From positions 295,306,001 through 295,370,000 of the forward strand of contig OZ024743.1 of the NCBI GenBank assembly GCA_964016885.1: 64,000 nt of DNA. The letters run 5' to 3'. Position 1 is the stretch's first letter, and the number at the start of each line of letters is the position of its first letter. This DNA comes from Eledone cirrhosa (Eukaryota). Made by a program: the position numbers and the translations under genes. Below are positions 56,451-64,000 of the stretch, one piece after another. The notes under the pieces were generated by a model, which was not told the DNA's origin, did not search any database, and saw nothing but the letters and a program-made list of their open reading frames with translations.

Positions 56451-57110
56451 GTGGGAAAGTGAAAAATCGGAGAATAGACCGTTAAAACATGTTTATTTAA
56501 AATATCACCTACGTACGTTTCGCCCAGTTGGGCTTCTTAAGGGCATAAACAATCACAAGTGTTCCTTATATAGTTCGGAAAGAGTTTTGGGGGTTAAATC
56601 CACATCAAGATTCATTGCTCGCAAAAATATCTTGTTTTGATTTTGCAGCAGGTCAAGGGAGGTAACTTTGGCCGGTGTTAGGGCAGTCTTTCCCGGATAT
56701 TTTTTTTTTTTTTTTTTTTTTTTTTCCCGTTTGTCTGAGGCTGGGTCTGGTATGCAAGGATTGTTTTCTGGGTGTTATTTTGCTGCGCCTGCCCGCCGGG
56801 GTGTTAAGACTTGTTGCAGGGAGATCCAGTGTACTATTTCACTCTTCATTCTTAACCCATCTAAAGAAGGATATTTTTAAGCGATGTGTACAACTTATCG
56901 CTGTTTCAGCTCTGCTGTTGATGAGCTCGTGGGGTGCAGTTATGATGTGGTAGAGCTCCATGAGGCAAAGATCGCATTTCCTCTTGAAGTTGTACGGTGC
57001 AGCCCTGTCGACAATCTCCCAGTGCGTGGAGAAGCTAATGTTTAAGTCCTTTAGTGATGTGATGTAGTCCGCGAGCGAGGTGGAGTGCCTTAGTTTTCTA
57101 TTTGTGAAAG

Positions 57111-57142
<32 letters not shown>

Positions 57143-57687
57143 GGAGAAGAAGTTTATGAAACGGAAATGCGGGTATAAAGAATTTATTAGGTAACAATTG
57201 TTTCTATAGTGTATGGGTTACCTATACCTCGCTATTTGAATAATATAAAAATATTATCATAAACCGAAGGTACACTGCAAGCAAACACACCATGTCGTCA
57301 GACCTTTGTATTGGAATATGAAAATATTTTATACACTAGATAAAAGAGAAAAAAGGAGGTAGGAAGATAAGGAGGAAGAGGGAAGTGAGTAAGGGGGAGG
57401 GAGTCCTACGATTTAAGACTGTCAGACTAGTAGAGATTGTAAGGAGAGAATGTTTTGGCAGCAGTTAGCTTAATGAGGCGTGTTAGGGTTGGCGGGGGAA
57501 GTAAATTCTTCTAGTAGTGTTGTTTGGACAAAATTTAGTTAAAGGGGTCAAAGTGGTACAGAGTTACAGACAAGTTATTGGGACTATTATAGTAGCAGGT
57601 TATTTCTAAAGGGGTCCAGAAAACAGTGTTTAGTACTATTATTATAGAAAGCCATATCTTGTGTATAAACATATAAAACATTGGAAT

Positions 57688-57737
<50 letters not shown>

Positions 57738-58474
57738 GACGTAAAATAAGAAAATTATAAAAATTAACTTACTTACTAAAATTTCACTCCAACTAATTAG
57801 TTTCTGAAAGGGAATAAACATGGTTTTCGATATAATGTTCTGCATCCCCTTGCATTTAACCACAAAGTTACTAAGACAAAACCTATATATTTGTTAGCAT
57901 AGGTATGCATCTGTATATATCTGTTGGTAGATATACTAATTCTTTATAATTAACTCCAAATTACTTTGTTAAGCAAAAATTTGCCAAAACTGTTACTATA
58001 GTTCATAGTAATGGTTCGGCTTCTGTCTTTTTAACACCCCACTCTTCACTGATTAACCTCGATGTCACGTGATTGATTCATTTGAATTTGCCACCGACCA
58101 AGTAGGCAGTGATTTTTTCAATGTCTTTGAATTTAGTCCACGCTTGCTTTTTTCCATCCACTGAATTATTTTTGTATAAGTACCCTGTGTCCACGCATCG
58201 CCTGGGAACTTAGCTGAGAACAGACTTCCTGATGACGAATGGTTTTCTCCATGCCTTCCATTCGAAAACCATGTTTATTCCCTTTCAGAAACTCATTAGT
58301 TGGAGTGAAATTTTAGTAAGTAAGTTAATTTTTATAATTTTCTTATTTTACGCCTTTCATATAATTGTTATGCATCCCCTTGCATTGAACCACAAAGTTA
58401 CTAAGACAAAACCTATATATTTGCTAGCATAGGTATGCATCTGTATATATATTTTGGTAGATATACTAATTCTT

Positions 58475-58547
<73 letters not shown>

Positions 58548-58742
58548 ATATGTATGTATTTAAAGCACACCATAATTTAACTTCGTGTCCTTGAAATATG
58601 TATAATGAAATAAATATGGTTTTATAAATATAGTTTCTATTTGTTAATATCGTATTTTTACTCCAAATATTTGTTGAGTGCTTTATTCATTTATAACAAT
58701 ATTTGCTTGTTCTATCCCAACAATGTAAATAGAACTTTTACA

Positions 58743-58783
<41 letters not shown>

Positions 58784-59443
58784 GTGGGAAAGTGAAAAAT
58801 CGGAGAATAGACCGTTAAAACATGTTTATTTAAAATATCACCTACGTACGTTTCGCCCAGTTGGGCTTCTTAAGGGCATAAACAATCACAAGTGTTCCTT
58901 ATATAGTTCGGAAAGAGTTTTGGGGGTTAAATCCACATCAAGATTCATTGCTCGCAAAAATATCTTGTTTTGATTTTGCAGCAGGTCAAGGGAGGTAACT
59001 TTGGCCGGTGTTAGGGCAGTCTTTCCCGGATATTTTTTTTTTTTTTTTTTTTTTTTTTCCCGTTTGTCTGAGGCTGGGTCTGGTATGCAAGGATTGTTTT
59101 CTGGGTGTTATTTTGCTGCGCCTGCCCGCCGGGGTGTTAAGACTTGTTGCAGGGAGATCCAGTGTACTATTTCACTCTTCATTCTTAACCCATCTAAAGA
59201 AGGATATTTTTAAGCGATGTGTACAACTTATCGCTGTTTCAGCTCTGCTGTTGATGAGCTCGTGGGGTGCAGTTATGATGTGGTAGAGCTCCATGAGGCA
59301 AAGATCGCATTTCCTCTTGAAGTTGTACGGTGCAGCCCTGTCGACAATCTCCCAGTGCGTGGAGAAGCTAATGTTTAAGTCCTTTAGTGATGTGATGTAG
59401 TCCGCGAGCGAGGTGGAGTGCCTTAGTTTTCTATTTGTGAAAG

Positions 59444-59479
<36 letters not shown>

Positions 59480-60022
59480 AGAAGAAGTTTATGAAACGGA
59501 AATGCGGGTATAAAGAATGTATTAGGTAACAATTGTTTCTATAGTGTATGGGTTACCTATACCTCGCTATTTGAATAATATAAAAATATTATCATAAACC
59601 GAAGGTACACTGCAAGCAAACACACCATGTCGTCAGACCTTTGTATTGGAATATGAAAATATTTTATACACTAGATAAAAGAGAAAAAAGGAGGTAGGAA
59701 GATAAGGAGGAAGAGGGAAGTGAGTAAGGGGGAGGGAGTCCTACGATTTAAGACTGTCAGACTAGTAGAGATTGTAAGGAGAGAATGTTTTGGCAGCAGT
59801 TAGCTTAATGAGGCGTGTTAGGGTTGGCGGGGGAAGTAAATTCTTCTAGTAGTGTTGTTTGGACAAAATTTAGTTAAAGGGGTCAAAGTGGTACAGAGTT
59901 ACAGACAAGTTATTGGGACTATTATAGTAGCAGGTTATTTCTAAAGGGGTCCAGAAAACAGTGTTTAGTACTATTATTATAGAAAGCCATATCTTGTGTA
60001 TAAACATATAAAACATTGGAAT

Positions 60023-60070
<48 letters not shown>

Positions 60071-60807
60071 GACGTAAAATAAGAAAATTATAAAAATTAA
60101 CTTACTTACTAAAATTTCACTCCAACTAATTAGTTTCTGAAAGGGAATAAACATGGTTTTCGATATAATGTTCTGCATCCCCTTGCATTTAACCACAAAG
60201 TTACTAAGACAAAACCTATATATTTGTTAGCATAGGTATGCATCTGTATATATCTGTTGGTAGATATACTAATTCTTTATAATTAACTCCAAATTACTTT
60301 GTTAAGCAAAAATTTGCCAAAACTGTTACTATAGTTCATAGTAATGGTTCGGCTTCTGTCTTTTTAACACCCCACTCTTCACTGATTAACCTCGATGTCA
60401 CGTGATTGATTCATTTGAATTTGCCACCGACCAAGTAGGCAGTGATTTTTTCAATGTCTTTGAATTTAGTCCACGCTTGCTTTTTTCCATCCACTGAATT
60501 ATTTTTGTATAAGTACCCTGTGTCCACGCATCGCCTGGGAACTTAGCTGAGAACAGACTTCCTGATGACGAATGGTTTTCTCCATGCCTTCCATTCGAAA
60601 ACCATGTTTATTCCCTTTCAGAAACTCATTAGTTGGAGTGAAATTTTAGTAAGTAAGTTAATTTTTATAATTTTCTTATTTTACGCCTTTCATATAATTG
60701 TTATGCATCCCCTTGCATTGAACCACAAAGTTACTAAGACAAAACCTATATATTTGCTAGCATAGGTATGCATCTGTATATATATTTTGGTAGATATACT
60801 AATTCTT

Positions 60808-60868
<61 letters not shown>

Positions 60869-61510
60869 ATATGTATATATATGTATATATATGTATATAT
60901 GTATATATATGTGTAGATATGTATATATGTATATATATATATATATATATATGTAAGAGTATTTGTATATATGTATGTATATGTGTGTGTATGTGTATGT
61001 GTGTATGTTTGTGTATTTATATGTGTATATGTATATGTATGTATATGTATGTATATATGTGAATATATGTGTGTGTATATATATATATATGTGTGTGTGT
61101 ATATATATATAAATATGTATATATATGTGTATATATTTATGTATGTGTGTATATGTGTATATATGTATATATATATATATATATATAATAGAATAATCGA
61201 GTATCGGAAAATCAGCTCACGAATTTACGATAAACAAAATCCGACATGAGTGGTAGAGGGCTCAATAATTCAGATAAATTAGAGCTATAACTATCGTTAA
61301 GATACCAACACACAAAGATTATGCCTAAAATCACCCGTGCAGCCGAAAAATAACGACCAGGAAGATTCGGGTCACTCAGATAAAATATCAATAAATCAAT
61401 AAATCATATGAATGTAAAAAACTTACCCGGATATATGTATATATATATATGTGTTTGTATGTGTATCTATATGTGTGTATATGTATATATATGTATATAT
61501 ATATATATAT

Positions 61511-61725
61511 GGAGATACATGGCTTAGTGGTTAGAGCATTGGGTTTTGCCATCGAAAGGTTGTGAGTTCAATTCTCAGACCGGGTGATGTGTTTTTTCCT
61601 TGAGCAAGACACTTTATTTCACATTGCTCCAGTTTACTCAGCTGTTGAAATGAGATGATAGGGACTAGGGTGCCTATCATTCCGCTGTAAAGCAGGGAAA
61701 ATCGGACGTAAAATGATGATGATGA

Positions 61726-61729
<4 letters not shown>
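61511..61729 (+). mobile_element. tRNA-derived SINE, family B, with (ATG)n tail
   Basis: TGGCTTAGTGGTTAGAGC A box, GAGTTCAATTC B box, CCTTGAGCAAGACACTT core, GACGTAAAATGATGATG end. Confidence 0.8.
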
Positions 61730-61764
<35 letters not shown>

Positions 61765-61769
<5 letters not shown>

Positions 61770-62843
61770 CTTTGAATAACTTTGAAATGTTTTGGCCAGT
61801 ATTGGCCCAGGCCATGTCTAACTTAATAGCACCATCTGGCGAAGTCTTTCAATTCAGGATTTGGGCACCGTGGCCCATTCGAGAAGAGAATTACTGTTTG
61901 CGGAGACATATCCGGGTGTGGGTGGTTTGTCCGGGATTACTTGGAGGAATTTGTCCAAAGACTTCTTGTATTTCGTGTGGTCAGGTTCTGTTTTGACGTG
62001 TCCTGGTGTGATGTTGAAGAGAGCAGGGCCAATTGAGGTGAAATAATTGTGCCGTATTGTTGTTATGAGTTGCGATTTAGATTTTTGTTTGGGACGGATA
62101 GCACGGGGCCCAAGCCTTGGGTGTATTTTGAAGGTGATGCCGACATCATTTGTGCAGTGCTGATGAAACTTTTTCCACATCATGCAGATAATATAACGCT
62201 CACGGCGACGTTGGAGTGAGTAAAGTTTCAGCTTTTCTAGTCGACCCCAGTTGTCAAGGTTTGACATGCCATCTATCTTTTTCGTGATTGCCCTTTGGGG
62301 AGCTTCAAGTTTCATGATACTTTGTTTCGTGTGGGGAGACCACAGTGGACAACAGTATTCAAGGTGTGGTCGGGCAAAAGTGGAGATGAGAAGGATAATG
62401 GTGTGGGTATTTCTCGACTGGAAGGTTCTGAGAATCCAGGAACACATTCTGGTGGCATCTAACAAAATCGGAGACTTGGGAGTAACCGTGGACAGCAATA
62501 TAAGCTGAGCCACGCATATAGGCAGCAATGTTGTTAGATGCCACCAGAGTTTCACCGGAGGGAAGGGAGTACGGTAGTTTCAGAGCATCCTCTTTTTCAA
62601 AGTGGATCATTTCGAATTTGTCTTCGTTCAGTAACATGTTGTTTTTTCCGTCCATTGGGTAACAGCCAGTAGGTCTGACTGAAGGCTTATCCGGTCATCG
62701 ACGCCATTGATGACCTTTTGGAGCTTGGAATCATCAACGAAAATTCTAATGTTGCTGTGTTTGATGATGTCAGTGATGTCATTAATATAGATGATGAAGA
62801 GAAGTCGGCCCAACACAGTGCCTTGTGGGACCCCACTACTGAC
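61765..62843 (-). mobile_element. 5'-truncated CR1-like LINE, same family as 25653-28735
   Basis: [34 protein letters not shown]; same tandem tail; (TA)-rich flanks; small internal inversion at 62449-62547. Confidence 0.9.
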
Positions 62844-62868
62844 TATGTATATGTATATATATATACAC

Positions 62869-62899
<31 letters not shown>

Positions 62900-63131
62900 C
62901 ACATATACATACACACGCACATATACATTTATATATGTGTGTGCATATATGTATGTATGTTTGTATATATATATATGTGTGTATATGTATATGTATGTAT
63001 ATATGTATATATATGTGTGTGCATGTATGTATATGTGTATATATATATGTATATATATATGTGTATATATATATATATATATGTGTGTATGTGTGTATAT
63101 ATATATATATATGTAAATATATGTGTGTGTG

Positions 63132-63183
<52 letters not shown>

Positions 63184-63357
63184 CATATATATAGTATTAA
63201 GGATACTATTTATGGTTATGTATATACTAAAACTTTTTATAGTTATATATATTTTTTAAACCCTAAACAGTTAAAGACAGTAATTTATTACTACCATATT
63301 ACCAGTAAGATAAATAGCTCAATGTAATAACATCAGTTGTTTTACAGATGAAAAATT

Positions 63358-63402
63358 GCTCCGAAGACACCTAGCCTCGGTTTTGACGAAACAATTGTAA
63401 GC
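63358..63402 (+). ncRNA. Decayed hammerhead motif
   Basis: gct CCGAAGA ... GAAAC aatt GTA agc t AATAAA; U4>C, stem II eroded. Confidence 0.45.
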
Positions 63403-63500
63403 TAATAAATGGTTTGAACAGAAATTTGATTCACGTGATTTCTATATACATATATATATATGTATGTATATATATATACATATATATACATATATATATA

Positions 63501-63869
<369 letters not shown>

Positions 63870-64000
63870 AGATAAGCGGAGCAAGCAAGATTCAAACAAT
63901 TTTTTTTAATAAATTAAAAAATATAATTTAAATATTTACCTATTCCAATTGCTTTTACCGATCAGTTTCACTTCACAAAAGATTGGAGATCCCTAGGGAC

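Larger units (their letters stand above)
53865..60860. repeat. Tandem triplication, ~2.34-kb unit made of four TE fragments separated by (TA)n
   Basis: Identical ORFs at 53969/56308/58641; units differ mainly in (TA)n length plus a few substitutions. Confidence 0.95.

Noticed and set aside
53969-60765. Repeated ORFs (110, 92, 108, 66 aa) suggesting a gene cluster
   Set aside because: Products of the tandem triplication; they cross microsatellites or are antisense to TE fragments

Overview
AT-rich, microsatellite-saturated ((TA)n, (CA)n, (GA)n) eukaryotic DNA; repeat style suggests an invertebrate, probably a cephalopod (inference only). No host protein-coding exon can be supported, and nearly all listed ORFs are microsatellite translations. 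Conventional content: two tRNA-derived SINE families, three decayed CR1-like LINE copies, RTE relics, a mariner relic, a deleted Helitron, one tRNA-Arg(ACG) and a near-identical ~2.34-kb tandem triplication. The main hidden signal is more than 20 type I hammerhead-ribozyme (HHR) motifs, intact or decayed, read by eye as stem I-CTGANGA-stem II-GAAA-short palindromic stem III-NUH-stem I. They sit at the 3' ends of several sequence-distinct Penelope-like element (PLE) or retrozyme families, mostly bounded by (TA)n and often arranged as fold-back palindromes (0.1-3.4 kb). Several carry GIY-YIG/RT relics, and many share a GAGT(G/A)CT-like motif in a short tail after the ribozyme. The PLE-HHR link is known; the tail motif, the fold-back at ribozyme stem II and the expanded stem II variants deserve follow-up. 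All coordinates and alignments are manual.
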